The translations under genes were made by a program, and so were the position numbers. Shown one piece after another: positions 20,092 to 30,605 of a stretch of 64,000 nucleotides of DNA. The DNA is from a bacterium (GTDB taxonomy: Bacteria > Desulfobacterota > S145-22): positions 2,537 to 66,536 of the forward strand of contig JALSPC010000193.1 in the NCBI GenBank assembly GCA_026986155.1, written 5' to 3'. The notes beneath the pieces were generated by a model. The model was not told where the DNA came from and made no database searches. It worked only from the letters and a program-made list of their open reading frames with translations. Every line of letters starts with the position of its first letter. Positions within the stretch are counted from its first letter, which is position 1.

Positions 20092-22083
20092 CTACTTCAG
20101 GTGAATCAACAACGGCGCGATAACCAGGGAAACCACCGACATCAACTTGATAAGGATGTTCATGGACGGTCCCGAGGTATCCTTGAAGGGATCCCCCACC
20201 GTGTCGCCGACCACGGCGGCCTTGTGATTGTCGGATCCCTTGCCGCCGAAGTGTCCCTCCTCGATGTATTTCTTCGCGTTGTCCCACGCGCCGCCGCCAT
20301 TGGCCATCATCAGGGCGAGCATGACACCCGAAAGGGTCGTGCCGGCCAGGAGGCCTCCCAGGGCCTGGGGACCGAGAATAAACCCGACCAGGATGGGAAC
20401 GATGACCGCCGTCAGACCCGGCACCACCATCTCCTTCAAGGCGGCCACGGTGCTGATGGCCACGCATGACTCGGGATCAGGCTTTGCCTTGCCCTCCATC
20501 AGTCCGGGGATCTCGCGGAACTGACGCCGGATCTCTTCCACCATCTTGAAGGCGGCCTTCCCCACGGAGGTCATGGTCAGGGCGGCCACGAAGAACGGCA
20601 CGATCCCGCCGATGAACATCCCGATCACGACCCGGGGCTGGGTGATACTAATCATCTTGAGGCCCACCGCCTGGGAATAGGCGGCGAACAGGGCCAGGGC
20701 CGTCAGGGCCGCGGAGCCGATGGCGAATCCCTTTCCGATGGCCGCCGTCGTGTTCCCCAGTGCGTCCAGCCCGTCGGTAATCTTTCGAGTCTCGGGTCCA
20801 AGCCCCGCCATCTCCGAGATCCCGCCGGCGTTATCCGCGATGGGCCCGTAGGCGTCCACCGACATGGTCACGCCCACCGTGGAAAGCATTCCCACCGCCG
20901 AAACCCCGATCCCGAAGAGGCCCGCCGTCTTCGCGGCGATGAACGTCGCGGCGCAAATGACCACCACGGGAAGCGCCGTGCTCTCAAGGCCAACCGCCAG
21001 ACCGGAGATGATAACCGTCGCAGGGCCGGTTTCGGAAGACTCAGCGATCCTCCGGACGGGGGCACCCGAGGTGTAATACTCGGTGATGAGCCCAATGAGC
21101 ATCCCCGCCAGCAGTCCGGAGAAAACGGCCCAGAAGACGCCCAACGGGAGCTTCAGGGAAACCGTGATGATGTAGGTGAAAATCACGAGGAAAGCGGCGC
21201 TGATGAACGTGGAGTATCTCAGGGCCGCCTGCGGGCTCATCCTCTGAAGGATCTTGATGGAGAGAATCCCGATGAGAGACGCGATCAGCCCGCCCATGAC
21301 CACCAGCAGGGGGTAGGACATGTAGAGAAGTTTCGTCTGAACGGCGAAGGCGGACGTGGCCCCAATGGCGATGGTCGCCACGATGGATCCCACGTAGGAC
21401 TCGAAGATATCGGCGCCCATACCCGCGATATCCCCCACGTTGTCCCCCACGTTGTCGGCGATGACACCAGGGTTTCTCGGGTCATCCTCGGGAATCCCAG
21501 CTTCCACCTTTCCCACAAGGTCGGCGCCCACATCGGCGCTCTTGGTATAGATTCCGCCCCCGATACGGGCGAAGAGGGCGATGGAGCTGGCGCCCATGGC
21601 GTATCCGTTGATGACCTTCGCCGTGGCGGGGTCTTTGCCGAAGATAAGATAGAAAATTCCCAGCCCCAGCAATCCGAGACTCGCCACGGAAAGTCCCATG
21701 ACGGAACCGCCGAAGAAGGCCACGTTGAGGGCCTTCGCCTGGCCGGACTCGAAAGCGGCCTGGGAGGTCCGGACATTGGCGCGCGTGGCGGCGCTCATGC
21801 CGAAGAACCCGGCCAGCATGGAGCTGGCGGCGCCGGACACGAAAGCAATCGCCGTGTAGATATCAATTTTCCACGTCATCAAGAGGAAAACAACAACGAT
21901 GAAGATGACGAGAATGGAATACTCCTTCCTCAGAAAAACCATCGCTCCCTTGTGGATCATCTCGGCGATCTCGCGCATGGTCTCGCTGCCATCGTTCTGT
22001 TTCTTGACGTAGGCGTAAATGATCCATGCCAAAATCAACCCGGCAATCCCGAACAGCGGAGCAAACTTCGTCAGACTGTACAT
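20092..22083 (-). CDS. hppA: membrane-bound proton/sodium-translocating pyrophosphatase
   Basis: 663 aa, 15-16 TM helices; GDNVGD repeated and DNAGGI motifs. Confidence 0.92.
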   Translation of the reverse strand: MYSLTKFAPLFGIAGLILAWIIYAYVKKQNDGSETMREIAEMIHKGAMVFLRKEYSILVIFIVVVFLLMTWKIDIYTAIAFVSGAASSMLAGFFGMSAATRANVRTSQAAFESGQAKALNVAFFGGSVMGLSVASLGLLGLGIFYLIFGKDPATAKVINGYAMGASSIALFARIGGGIYTKSADVGADLVGKVEAGIPEDDPRNPGVIADNVGDNVGDIAGMGADIFESYVGSIVATIAIGATSAFAVQTKLLYMSYPLLVVMGGLIASLIGILSIKILQRMSPQAALRYSTFISAAFLVIFTYIITVSLKLPLGVFWAVFSGLLAGMLIGLITEYYTSGAPVRRIAESSETGPATVIISGLAVGLESTALPVVVICAATFIAAKTAGLFGIGVSAVGMLSTVGVTMSVDAYGPIADNAGGISEMAGLGPETRKITDGLDALGNTTAAIGKGFAIGSAALTALALFAAYSQAVGLKMISITQPRVVIGMFIGGIVPFFVAALTMTSVGKAAFKMVEEIRRQFREIPGLMEGKAKPDPESCVAISTVAALKEMVVPGLTAVIVPILVGFILGPQALGGLLAGTTLSGVMLALMMANGGGAWDNAKKYIEEGHFGGKGSDNHKAAVVGDTVGDPFKDTSGPSMNILIKLMSVVSLVIAPLLIHLK

Positions 22084-22095
22084 GAATCTCCTCCT

Positions 22096-22683
22096 TTAAT
22101 CTCTGCGATTTAGATAGTTGAGGGCGTCTTTTGTTCCCTTGGCAGCCCAGATTTCCAACCCTTCGGCAACACGCGCCATGGCCTCGTCGATGATCTCCCT
22201 TTCCCCGCGGTCGAAACGGGAAAGGACATAGTCCGATGCCTCACATCCATCCGGCGGTCTGCCGATCCCGATACGAATTCGAAAGAAGGCATCCGTCCCC
22301 AGGGTTTCCCTGATGGACCGAATTCCCTTGTGTCCGGCATCCCCTCCCTTCCACTTGAGTTTTATCCTGCCCAGCTCCAGGTCCATATCATCGTGAAAGA
22401 CAACCATGGACTCCGGCTCCGAGCCCGTTTCCTGCAACACCCACCGAACCGCCCTGCCGCTCAAGTTCATATACGTGTTCGGCTTGAGGGTCAAGACCTT
22501 CCACCCATGAACCCTCAGCTTGCCAACCCACCCGTGGCGGGCCTTTCCTCGGGACGATCCGCCGAATCTTTCCAAAAAAAAATCGACCGCGGCCATCCCG
22601 ACGTTGTGCCGGGTTCCCGCGTATTTGGAGCCGGGATTCCCCAGCCCCACCCATATATTCGGAAAAGCCTCGGGGATGGTCAA
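22096..22683 (-). CDS. pth: peptidyl-tRNA hydrolase
   Basis: VGLGNPG...TRHNVG motif. Confidence 0.9.
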   Translation of the reverse strand: MTIPEAFPNIWVGLGNPGSKYAGTRHNVGMAAVDFFLERFGGSSRGKARHGWVGKLRVHGWKVLTLKPNTYMNLSGRAVRWVLQETGSEPESMVVFHDDMDLELGRIKLKWKGGDAGHKGIRSIRETLGTDAFFRIRIGIGRPPDGCEASDYVLSRFDRGEREIIDEAMARVAEGLEIWAAKGTKDALNYLNRRD

Positions 22684-23316
22684 TTATTCCTTCGTCTCCT
22701 CCGATTCCGTCGCCTCTTCCACCGCTTCTTCCTCGGCCTCTTCCTCAACCTCTTCAGCCTCGGGCGCGGCCACGGTGATAATCGTGAAATTGCTGTCCGC
22801 GACGATGGTATAGTTCTCGGGGGAGATATCGTCCACATGGATGGAATCCCCAATGCCAAGGGCGCTGATGTCTATCTCTATCACGGAAGGAATGTTGTTG
22901 GGCAACGCCTTGATAGTCAGTTCCCTGCGGATCTGCTCCAGGATGCCGCCCATCTTGACGCCGGGCGATACCCCCACCAGCTTGATAGGCACCTCGACCT
23001 CCACCTCCCGGTTCAGGTCGATGGCGTAGAGGTCCGCGTGAATCCAACGGTAGGTCACGGGATGCATCTGGATATCCTTGACCATGGCAATCCGTTCCTT
23101 GTCGTCATATCCCTCGATAGACAGTTTCAGCAGAACCCGGGAGCCATACTCTGTCGAAAGGGCCTTCTCCAGTTCCTTCGGATTCAGGGTCAGGGGAACC
23201 GGCTGGGCGTCCGGCCCGTAAAAGATACCCGGGATAAGTCCCTCTCTCCTCAGCCGCCTGGCAGCCCCTTTACCCTTTCCCGCTCTTAATGTTGTGTTGA
23301 GTTCCAGCTGTTCCAA
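22684..23316 (-). CDS. rplY: 50S ribosomal protein L25 / general stress protein Ctc
   Basis: L25/Ctc beta-barrel N-domain, acidic C-terminal tail; conserved position next to pth. Confidence 0.85.
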   Translation of the reverse strand: MEQLELNTTLRAGKGKGAARRLRREGLIPGIFYGPDAQPVPLTLNPKELEKALSTEYGSRVLLKLSIEGYDDKERIAMVKDIQMHPVTYRWIHADLYAIDLNREVEVEVPIKLVGVSPGVKMGGILEQIRRELTIKALPNNIPSVIEIDISALGIGDSIHVDDISPENYTIVADSNFTIITVAAPEAEEVEEEAEEEAVEEATESEETKE

Positions 23317-23327
23317 TTTTTCCTCCT

Positions 23328-24263
23328 TTAAACGAATAGTGAACTCACGGAATCTTCCGTGTGAATTCTCCGGATTCCCTCCGCCAGCAACGGGGCCACC
23401 GAAAGGACCTTGATGCGATCGAACCGAGCCGCCTCTCCCCTAAGCGGGATTGTGTCGGTCACCACGATCTCTTTTATTTTTGAGGTCTCGAGCCGTTCCA
23501 TGGCCTTCCCGGAGAGGACGGGATGGGAGGCCGAGGCGTAGACTTCTTTGGCCCCGTGCTCCAAAAGGGCCTCGGCGGCGTGTGTCAGGGTTCCCGCCGT
23601 GTCCACCATGTCATCCAGCAGGATCGCGATCATGCCCTCCACCTCGCCGATGATATTCATCACCTGTGAGACGTTCGCCACCTCTCTCCGCTTGTCGATG
23701 ATGGCCAGGCGCGCCTTCAGCCGCTTGGCAAAGGCCCGGGCGCGCTCCACGCCCCCGGCGTCTGGGGAGACGATGACGAGTTCCTCCCCGTCTGAGAACT
23801 TTTTGGACAGGTAATCCAGAATAACCGGGAAGGCGTAAAGGTGGTCCACGGGGATATCAAAAAATCCCTGGATCTGCCCCGCGTGCAGGTCCACCGTCAT
23901 CATGCGCGTCGCCCCGGCCACGGTAATCAGGTCCGCGACCAGCTTGGCGGAAATGGGCGCCCTCGGGGAGACCTTCCGGTCCTGACGCGCGTAACCGTAA
24001 TAGGGGATCACCGCGTTGATCCGCCGGGCGGAGGCCCGTTTCAGGCCATCCATCATGATAAGGAGCTCCATGAGGTTGTCGTTGCCCGGGTAGCAGGTGG
24101 ATTGGATGACGAAGACGTCCTTCCCCCGCACGCTCTCGTTGATCTCCACGTTGATTTCCCCGTCGCTGAACCGCCGCACCACGGCGTCTCCCAGGGGAAC
24201 TCCCAGGTGTTTACAGATATCTTCCGCCAGTTTCCGGTTCGAATTTCCACAAAATACCTTCAT
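23328..24263 (-). CDS. prs: ribose-phosphate pyrophosphokinase
   Basis: MKVFCGNSN...FSDGEI N-terminus and PRPP-binding loop. Confidence 0.92.
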   Translation of the reverse strand: MKVFCGNSNRKLAEDICKHLGVPLGDAVVRRFSDGEINVEINESVRGKDVFVIQSTCYPGNDNLMELLIMMDGLKRASARRINAVIPYYGYARQDRKVSPRAPISAKLVADLITVAGATRMMTVDLHAGQIQGFFDIPVDHLYAFPVILDYLSKKFSDGEELVIVSPDAGGVERARAFAKRLKARLAIIDKRREVANVSQVMNIIGEVEGMIAILLDDMVDTAGTLTHAAEALLEHGAKEVYASASHPVLSGKAMERLETSKIKEIVVTDTIPLRGEAARFDRIKVLSVAPLLAEGIRRIHTEDSVSSLFV

Positions 24264-24302
24264 CGTCTCTTCTCTCTAAACCGTTGCTGTTTGATTAAAA
24301 AT

Positions 24303-24377
24303 TGGCTGGGGTGGGAGGATTCGAACCTCCGAATGCGGGTTCCAAAGACCCGTGTCTTACCACTTGACGACACCCCA
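24303..24377 (-). tRNA. tRNA-Gln(TTG)
   Basis: 75 nt cloverleaf folded by hand: acceptor TGGGGTG/CACCCCA, anticodon loop CTTTGGA, T-arm GGTTCGAATCC, encoded CCA. Confidence 0.85.
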
Positions 24378-24388
24378 GAGACAGGGCT

Positions 24389-24649
24389 TCAAAGACGCTG
24401 AATCTCTCGCTCGTACTCGGCCAGAACCTTTTCTTCTATCATCCTCCGGGTCTCGTTGTTCAGGGGATGCGCGGTGTCCTTGAAGGTTCCGTCCTTGCGC
24501 TTCTTGCTGGGCATGGCGACAAACAGCCCGTTGTTCCCGTTAATGACCTTGAGATCACGGACGACAAAACAGTCGTCGAACGTGATTGTCACATAGGCCT
24601 TCAGCTTTTCTTCATTAACGGGAAAAACTCTCACCTCAGTCACTTCCAT
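24389..24649 (-). CDS. spoVG: septation protein SpoVG
   Basis: MEVTEVRV...[15 protein letters not shown]...AHPLN matches SpoVG. Confidence 0.9.
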   Translation of the reverse strand: MEVTEVRVFPVNEEKLKAYVTITFDDCFVVRDLKVINGNNGLFVAMPSKKRKDGTFKDTAHPLNNETRRMIEEKVLAEYEREIQRL

Positions 24650-25583
24650 TTGTGTCCCTCCAGCTTTCGTCTACACTCTGCCATACCGGCCGTGCCAAAA
24701 AAAGCTTCCACTCTGGCGCGTGGCTTCGAATCCCGGACATGGCCGCCATTGCCGCCGCCTTATCCTTGAAAACCCCAAAGATGGAAGATCCGCTTCCCGT
24801 CATTCTGGCCTCGAGGGCTCCTAATATCTTAAGTTTGTTGCAAAACTCTCCCAATGAAGGATACCACACAAAAACCGGGGATTCAAGGTCATTGACCAGC
24901 GCCCATCCCCCCCCGTCCAAAGGCGTATCCCCCTTGAGGTTGAAGGGCATATTAACCTGAGCTTCCTGTTTTGTCAACTCCAAATCAAGGGCTTCATAGA
25001 CGCGTTTCGTGGAAATGGCAATACCGGGGAAACCGATAAGGAACCACACGTCATGGGAGATTTCGAGGGGCGATAATTTCTCCCCGATCCCCTCCGCCAG
25101 GCAGGCCTGTTCCATGAAAAAGAAAGGAACGTCCGCCCCGACCCGCAGGCCCGCCTGCCGCAAAGCCTCCACGGGAAGATCGCATCCTGAAAGATAATCG
25201 ATGCCCTTCATGACCGCGGCGGCGTCGCTGCTCCCGCCGCCCAAACCGCCCCCGGCGGGGATCCGCTTCCGAATGAAAACAGACAGGGATCGCGCCGGAA
25301 CCCCCGACGCCCTCAGCGCCTGGACCGCCCGGTAAACGAGGTTGTCCTCGCCGGTCGGGACGGAAGGGTCGTCACAAGAAATCTCCACCTCATCGCCCCC
25401 GGCGGCCGAGACGGCAACCTTCACTTCATCCGCCAACGTCACCGGCACCATGAGGGATTCTATCTCATGGTAGCCCGAGGGCAGGCGGCGCAGCACCTTC
25501 AGGGTGAGATTTAACTTGGCGGGCGCCCAGACACGAACCCACCCTTTCGCCCTGGCGCCTTCCAGTATCCAGCGCGAACGCAT
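24636..25583 (-). CDS. ispE: 4-diphosphocytidyl-2-C-methyl-D-erythritol kinase
   Basis: [11 protein letters not shown]...[12 protein letters not shown]-kinase motifs, glycine loop [15 protein letters not shown]. Confidence 0.88.
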   Translation of the reverse strand: MRSRWILEGARAKGWVRVWAPAKLNLTLKVLRRLPSGYHEIESLMVPVTLADEVKVAVSAAGGDEVEISCDDPSVPTGEDNLVYRAVQALRASGVPARSLSVFIRKRIPAGGGLGGGSSDAAAVMKGIDYLSGCDLPVEALRQAGLRVGADVPFFFMEQACLAEGIGEKLSPLEISHDVWFLIGFPGIAISTKRVYEALDLELTKQEAQVNMPFNLKGDTPLDGGGWALVNDLESPVFVWYPSLGEFCNKLKILGALEARMTGSGSSIFGVFKDKAAAMAAMSGIRSHAPEWKLFLARPVWQSVDESWRDTNGSD

Positions 25584-25586
25584 GAA

Positions 25587-25772
25587 TCACCCGGCATCGA
25601 CCAGGCGAACCGCGCCGGTGGGACAGGCGTCTTCGCACGCCCCGCATTCGATACACTCCTCCGGGCAGGCGACGAGGACCTTTTCTGCCTCCTTCGCGAA
25701 AACCTGGCCCGGACACGCGTCCGCGCATTCACCGCACGCCGTGCACACCTCTTCATCTATCCTGGGTATCAT
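25587..25772 (-). CDS. 2x[4Fe-4S] ferredoxin
   Basis: two CxxCxxCxxxCP motifs in 61 aa. Confidence 0.85.
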   Translation of the reverse strand: MIPRIDEEVCTACGECADACPGQVFAKEAEKVLVACPEECIECGACEDACPTGAVRLVDAG

Positions 25773-25811
25773 GCGAAAACCTGAGGCAAGGGGGAGAGTG
25801 AAGCGTAAGCG

Positions 25812-26033
25812 TCAGACCGCCTCGACGCTCTTGACCTCGGGAACCATCTCCTTGACGATCCGCTCGACCCCCATCTTCAGAGTCATGACCGACATGGGAC
25901 AACTCCCGCACGCGCCCCGCAAGCGCACCTTCACCACGTTGTTATCATCGATGTCCACGAGTTCTATATCGCCACCATCCATCTGAAGAGAAGGACGAAT
26001 CTTCTCTATCGCTTGTTCCACCTTTTCTCTCAT
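25812..26033 (-). CDS. NifU-like Fe-S cluster protein (Nfu C-terminal domain type)
   Basis: GGDIELVDI...GACGSCP motif; start refined to ATG 26033. Confidence 0.75.
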   Translation of the reverse strand: MREKVEQAIEKIRPSLQMDGGDIELVDIDDNNVVKVRLRGACGSCPMSVMTLKMGVERIVKEMVPEVKSVEAV

Positions 26034-26202
26034 TATGGCCTCCTTGTTCATACTTTTTCCTAATATAACAATCATTTTCCAAAAAGTCATCCCAAACTTT
26101 CATGTCACGGGACCTGTTTCTCCCATAACACGAGAATATTTGGGCTGCTGGAAAAATTCATTGTTGTGGATCTCACGCCAAAGGAATTGAGAGAAATCAT
26201 AT

Positions 26203-28668
26203 TTGAAATTCGTCGGGCTTTGGCGTAATATTCAAAACTCGAAGGAGAAAAGATTGAAAAAGTTTTTTGCTATTTTTTTCGGGCTTATTTTTGGTGCGAT
26301 TTTTTCCGCGGTGTTGTTCATCGGCGGGGTCTTTTTCTATTTTTCACTTGGGCTTCCCAACGTCAAGTCGCTGGAGGACTACCGGCCGAAGACGATTTCC
26401 TACGTCTATGACCGAAACGGCGTTGTGGTGGCGGAGTTTTTCGACGAGCGTCGTATCCTTGTGCCCATCGAAAAGATCCCGAAGGACCTCGTGCACGCCT
26501 TTATCGCCGCGGAGGATTCCCACTTCTATCAGCACAAGGGAATCGATTTCAAAGGGATCACGCGGGCCATGTTCAAGAACATCGAGGCGCGGCGCATCGT
26601 CCAGGGGGGCAGCACCATCACCCAGCAGGTGGCCCGTTCCCTTCTGCTGACGCGACAGCGCACCTGGACCCGAAAGATACGGGAGGCCATCCTCGCCTAC
26701 CGGATCGAGCGGTATCTCTCCAAGGACGAAATTTTATACCTTTACTTAAATCAACTGTATCTCGGCAACGGGGCATATGGTGTTGAGGCAGCCGCCCAAA
26801 ACTATTTCGGAAAGCACGTGTGGGAGTTGACGCTCGGGGAGTGCGCCGTGCTGGCCGGCCTGCCCCGGGCACCTGCCCTCTATTCTCCCGTTCGGCATCC
26901 CCAGCGATCAAAGGAGCGGAAAACCTACGTCTTAAATCGCATGTTCGAGGACCACTACATCACCCGGGAGCAGTTGGAGGCCGCCCTGGCCGAGCCCATT
27001 CACACGGTCAAAACCCTCAATCCCTTCTACGTGAAGGCCCCCTACTACGCGGAATTAGTCCGGCAATACGTCCTTAAGACCTACGGCCGGGAAAAGCTCT
27101 ACGGCGGGGGGCTCAAGATTTACACCTACCTGGATATCTCCCTCCAAGAAAAGGCCCGGGAGGCCATCGCCATGGGGCTCCGGGCGCTGGACAAGCGTCA
27201 GGGATACCGGGGGCCCATGGGACACGTGGCATTGCCGGCCGGGGAGTCCTCCTGCGCGCGCATGAAGGGCCATGGAAAGGACCTCGCCCCTTTGGCGCCG
27301 GGAGAGATCCGGAAGGGTGTGATCGTCGGGACGGACAGGCAACAAGGTGTGTTCAAGGTATGCGTTGACGGGCAACCGGCCGAGATCCGCCCGGATGGAT
27401 ACAAGTGGGCCAGAAAACGCCCCGAGTTTTCCACAAAGAAGCTGAAACGCGTGCCCCAAGACATCTTTGAGGTCCTGAAACCTGGGGATGTCATTGAAGT
27501 GAAACTCTTATCCCGGGACGAAAAGGGGTGGCGCTGCTCCCTGGAACAAGAACCTCTGGCGGAGTCGGCCCTCTTCAGCGTAGACGTGAAGACGGGCGAG
27601 GTCCTGGCCATGGTGGGAGGATACCGGTTCGGGAAGAACCAATTCAATCGGGCCGTCCAGTCGAAACGGCAGCCGGGCTCGGCGTTCAAACCAATCATCT
27701 ACGCGGCCGCCCTCGACAAGGGCCTTACCGCGGCCTCCATCATCCTCGATTCCCCCATCATCTTCAAGCAGTTCGCCCAGAAGGTCTGGAAGCCGGAAAA
27801 TTACGAGGAGCATTTTTACGGCCCCACGACGCTGCGGGAAGGGCTCGTGCACTCCCGGAACGTGGTCACGGTCAAGATCCTGCGAACCATCGGGATTTCT
27901 TACGTCATCAAATACGCGAAGAAACTGGGCGTGACCTCCAAGCTGGAGCCGAATCTTTCGTTGGCCCTCGGATCCAACGCCATGTCGCTGAAGGAACTGT
28001 CAACGGTTTACGGGGTTTTCGCGAGACAGGGCTGGACGTTTCAGCCCCTTTTCATCGAGAAGATCGTGGACCGGGACGGAACGGTTCTGGAATCCCACCC
28101 ACCCGAGACAAACCTGCCCGGAACGGAGGCGGAGGAGGCGGAAAGCCCGCCGAAGGAACAGGGGAAAGACGAGTTGAAAGCACTCAGGCCCGAGCACGTC
28201 ATCAGTGACCAGACCGCCTATATCCTGACGAATATCCTGGAGGACGTGGTTAAGCGTGGGACGGGCTGGCGGGCGAAGGCCCTCAAACGTCCCTGCGCGG
28301 GGAAGACGGGCACCACGAGCAATTTCCGGGATGCGTGGTTCATGGGATATACGCCCCAGATCCTGACGGGGGTCTGGGTGGGGTTCGATAACGAGTATTC
28401 ACTGGGGAGGAGCGAAACGGGTTCGCGGGCGGCCTGCCCCATCTGGACGAAGTTCATGAAGGAGGCCCTGAATGGGCTGCCGGCCAGGGAATTCGACGTG
28501 CCGGCGGGGATCGTCTTCGTGAGCATCGATCCCAAGACGGGGCTTCTCGCCCGTCCCGGAACGCCGCACGCCTATCTCGAGTGTTTCAAGGAGGGAACGG
28601 AACCGAAGAAGTATTCGGACGAGGTCAAGGAATCCGCCCCGACCGAGTTTTTCCAGATGGATCAATAA
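26203..28668 (+). CDS. mrcA: penicillin-binding protein 1A (bifunctional transglycosylase/transpeptidase)
   Basis: glycosyltransferase-51 motifs EDSHFYQHKGID, RQGGSTITQQ; transpeptidase SAFKP, SRN, KTGTT. Confidence 0.92.
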   Translation: MKFVGLWRNIQNSKEKRLKKFFAIFFGLIFGAIFSAVLFIGGVFFYFSLGLPNVKSLEDYRPKTISYVYDRNGVVVAEFFDERRILVPIEKIPKDLVHAFIAAEDSHFYQHKGIDFKGITRAMFKNIEARRIVQGGSTITQQVARSLLLTRQRTWTRKIREAILAYRIERYLSKDEILYLYLNQLYLGNGAYGVEAAAQNYFGKHVWELTLGECAVLAGLPRAPALYSPVRHPQRSKERKTYVLNRMFEDHYITREQLEAALAEPIHTVKTLNPFYVKAPYYAELVRQYVLKTYGREKLYGGGLKIYTYLDISLQEKAREAIAMGLRALDKRQGYRGPMGHVALPAGESSCARMKGHGKDLAPLAPGEIRKGVIVGTDRQQGVFKVCVDGQPAEIRPDGYKWARKRPEFSTKKLKRVPQDIFEVLKPGDVIEVKLLSRDEKGWRCSLEQEPLAESALFSVDVKTGEVLAMVGGYRFGKNQFNRAVQSKRQPGSAFKPIIYAAALDKGLTAASIILDSPIIFKQFAQKVWKPENYEEHFYGPTTLREGLVHSRNVVTVKILRTIGISYVIKYAKKLGVTSKLEPNLSLALGSNAMSLKELSTVYGVFARQGWTFQPLFIEKIVDRDGTVLESHPPETNLPGTEAEEAESPPKEQGKDELKALRPEHVISDQTAYILTNILEDVVKRGTGWRAKALKRPCAGKTGTTSNFRDAWFMGYTPQILTGVWVGFDNEYSLGRSETGSRAACPIWTKFMKEALNGLPAREFDVPAGIVFVSIDPKTGLLARPGTPHAYLECFKEGTEPKKYSDEVKESAPTEFFQMDQ

Positions 28669-29404
28669 GAGGTTTTTCCGCGGTATAGAGAACGGCGATA
28701 CCCCCGGTCAGGGGAGAGGCCTGGACCTCCTTGAACCCCGCGTTGCGGATCATGACCGTGAAGGTCTCCGGCGGGGGAAACTTTCGGACCGATTCCGGGA
28801 GATAGCTGTAAGCGGAACGGCTGGAGAATACCCCGCCGATGAGAGGCAGTATCTTCTCGAAGTAGAGGAGGTAGAAAAACCGTAGAAGCCTTCCCCGGGG
28901 GATGGAAAACTCGAGGATGGCCAGGATGCCCCCCGGCTTGAGGACCCGGTTAAGTTCCCGGAGGGCGGCGGATCGGTCCGTGAAGTTCCGGATGCCGAAT
29001 CCGATGGTGGCGCCGGAAAACATCCCGGTCCTGAAAGGGAGGGAAAGGCCGTCGGCCGTGACGATGAGGATCCCGCATGACGGGCCCCTTTTCATTTTGA
29101 GAATCTTCAGCATCTCCAGGGAGAAATCCGCCGCGACGACGCGGAATCCCGGGGATGTCCGTTTATCAAGGGCCAGGGCCAGGTCTCCCGTCCCCGCGGC
29201 CAGGTCGAGGATAGGGCCGTCGGTTTTCATACTTTGACGCAAAACCCGGATGCACCGTTTCCGCCACCGGGTATCGATGCCCAAACTCAAAAGCCGGTTG
29301 AGAAAATCATACCTCTCCGCGATCCCGCTGAACATAGCGCGGATTTTTCTGGATTGTTGCTCAGGGGTAAGGGTTTCCTGGGTTCCGCGACCGTTTTTTT
29401 TCAT
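28625..29404 (-). CDS. ubiE: demethylmenaquinone/ubiquinone C-methyltransferase
   Basis: FSGIAERYDFLN...ILDLAAGTGD SAM-MTase motifs. Confidence 0.85.
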   Translation of the reverse strand: MKKNGRGTQETLTPEQQSRKIRAMFSGIAERYDFLNRLLSLGIDTRWRKRCIRVLRQSMKTDGPILDLAAGTGDLALALDKRTSPGFRVVAADFSLEMLKILKMKRGPSCGILIVTADGLSLPFRTGMFSGATIGFGIRNFTDRSAALRELNRVLKPGGILAILEFSIPRGRLLRFFYLLYFEKILPLIGGVFSSRSAYSYLPESVRKFPPPETFTVMIRNAGFKEVQASPLTGGIAVLYTAEKPLIDPSGKTRSGRIP

Positions 29405-29604
29405 GCCGTCTATTTACATCATTCCGGATTAATTGCAAAGGAAAGACAAGAAAAATCCCGTCTCTTCGTTTCGTTTTGGGATAAAATTATCCGAAAAATA
29501 GGAATTGGGAGGAAGAGGTTATGTTGACGAACAACCCCAATCAGTGTATTAAAAATGAGTAAGTTAGTGTGTAGGTAAAAAATCATCTAAGGAGGGGACA
29601 AATT

Positions 29605-30567
29605 ATGAAAATGGCGATTGTTGGAGCCGGAGCTCTTGGGGGAACGTTCGGCGCGCTGCTGACGCGCGCGGGAATCGATGTAACCCTGATCGAAATCGAC
29701 AAGAAACGCGTGGAAGCGATTCAGAAAAATGGTCTAATCATGCACATGCCCGACGGATCCGTCATTAATGTGCCCGTCAAAATCACGGATGACCCCGCTT
29801 CCGTCGGAATCATGGACCTAGTCCAGATTTCCGTGAAGGGGTATCACACGGAATCCGCCGTCAAAATGGCCCGGCCGATGATCGGTCCGGACACCTATGT
29901 CATGTCAGTTCAGAACGGCTTGGGAAACCTGGATGTCATCGCCAAGTACGTCCCGAAGGAACGGGTGGTGGGGGGCGTCACGGCCCATAGCGCCATGGTC
30001 CTGGGACCTAACGAGATCAAGTACAACGGCGGGGTTGGCGGTGTAAGGATCGGAAGATATGACGGCAAGGAGGATCCCCGGCTTAAGGAGATCATTAAAA
30101 CGCTGGACGATGCCGGTTTCGAAACGGAAATTATCGTGGGCAATATCCTAAACGCCATCTGGCGGAAACTCCTGGCGAACGTGGCGTGCAACTGCGTCGC
30201 GGCCATCACGGGGTTCACGGGAAACCAGCTCATCGAATGCGAAGAGACCAACCAGCTGATCCGGGAGCTGGCGGTGGAAACCTACAACGTGGCCAAGGCC
30301 ATGGGGCTTCACTTCAAGGACATCAACGATCCAAGCAAGGAGCTAGAGGACCCCGCCGGGTTCGTCATTCACGCCCTTTCCGGGGTCGGAGACAATAAGA
30401 TCTCCATGCTCCAGGACATCGAGGCCGGTCGGCGGACCGAGATCGATACCTTGAACGGGAAGGTTTGGGAGCTTGGGGAGAAACACGGGATTCCCACGCC
30501 GTTGAACAAGATCATGACCTTGCTCGTGAAGGCCATTGAGAAGAAACCGTTGATGCAAAAAAAATAA
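29605..30567 (+). CDS. panE: 2-dehydropantoate 2-reductase
   Basis: Rossmann N-terminus MKMAIVGAGALGG and ApbA C-terminal domain. Confidence 0.8.
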   Translation: MKMAIVGAGALGGTFGALLTRAGIDVTLIEIDKKRVEAIQKNGLIMHMPDGSVINVPVKITDDPASVGIMDLVQISVKGYHTESAVKMARPMIGPDTYVMSVQNGLGNLDVIAKYVPKERVVGGVTAHSAMVLGPNEIKYNGGVGGVRIGRYDGKEDPRLKEIIKTLDDAGFETEIIVGNILNAIWRKLLANVACNCVAAITGFTGNQLIECEETNQLIRELAVETYNVAKAMGLHFKDINDPSKELEDPAGFVIHALSGVGDNKISMLQDIEAGRRTEIDTLNGKVWELGEKHGIPTPLNKIMTLLVKAIEKKPLMQKK

Positions 30568-30605
30568 ATCCTTTTACAACGAAAACGGGAAAAGGTTCTT
30601 GAAGA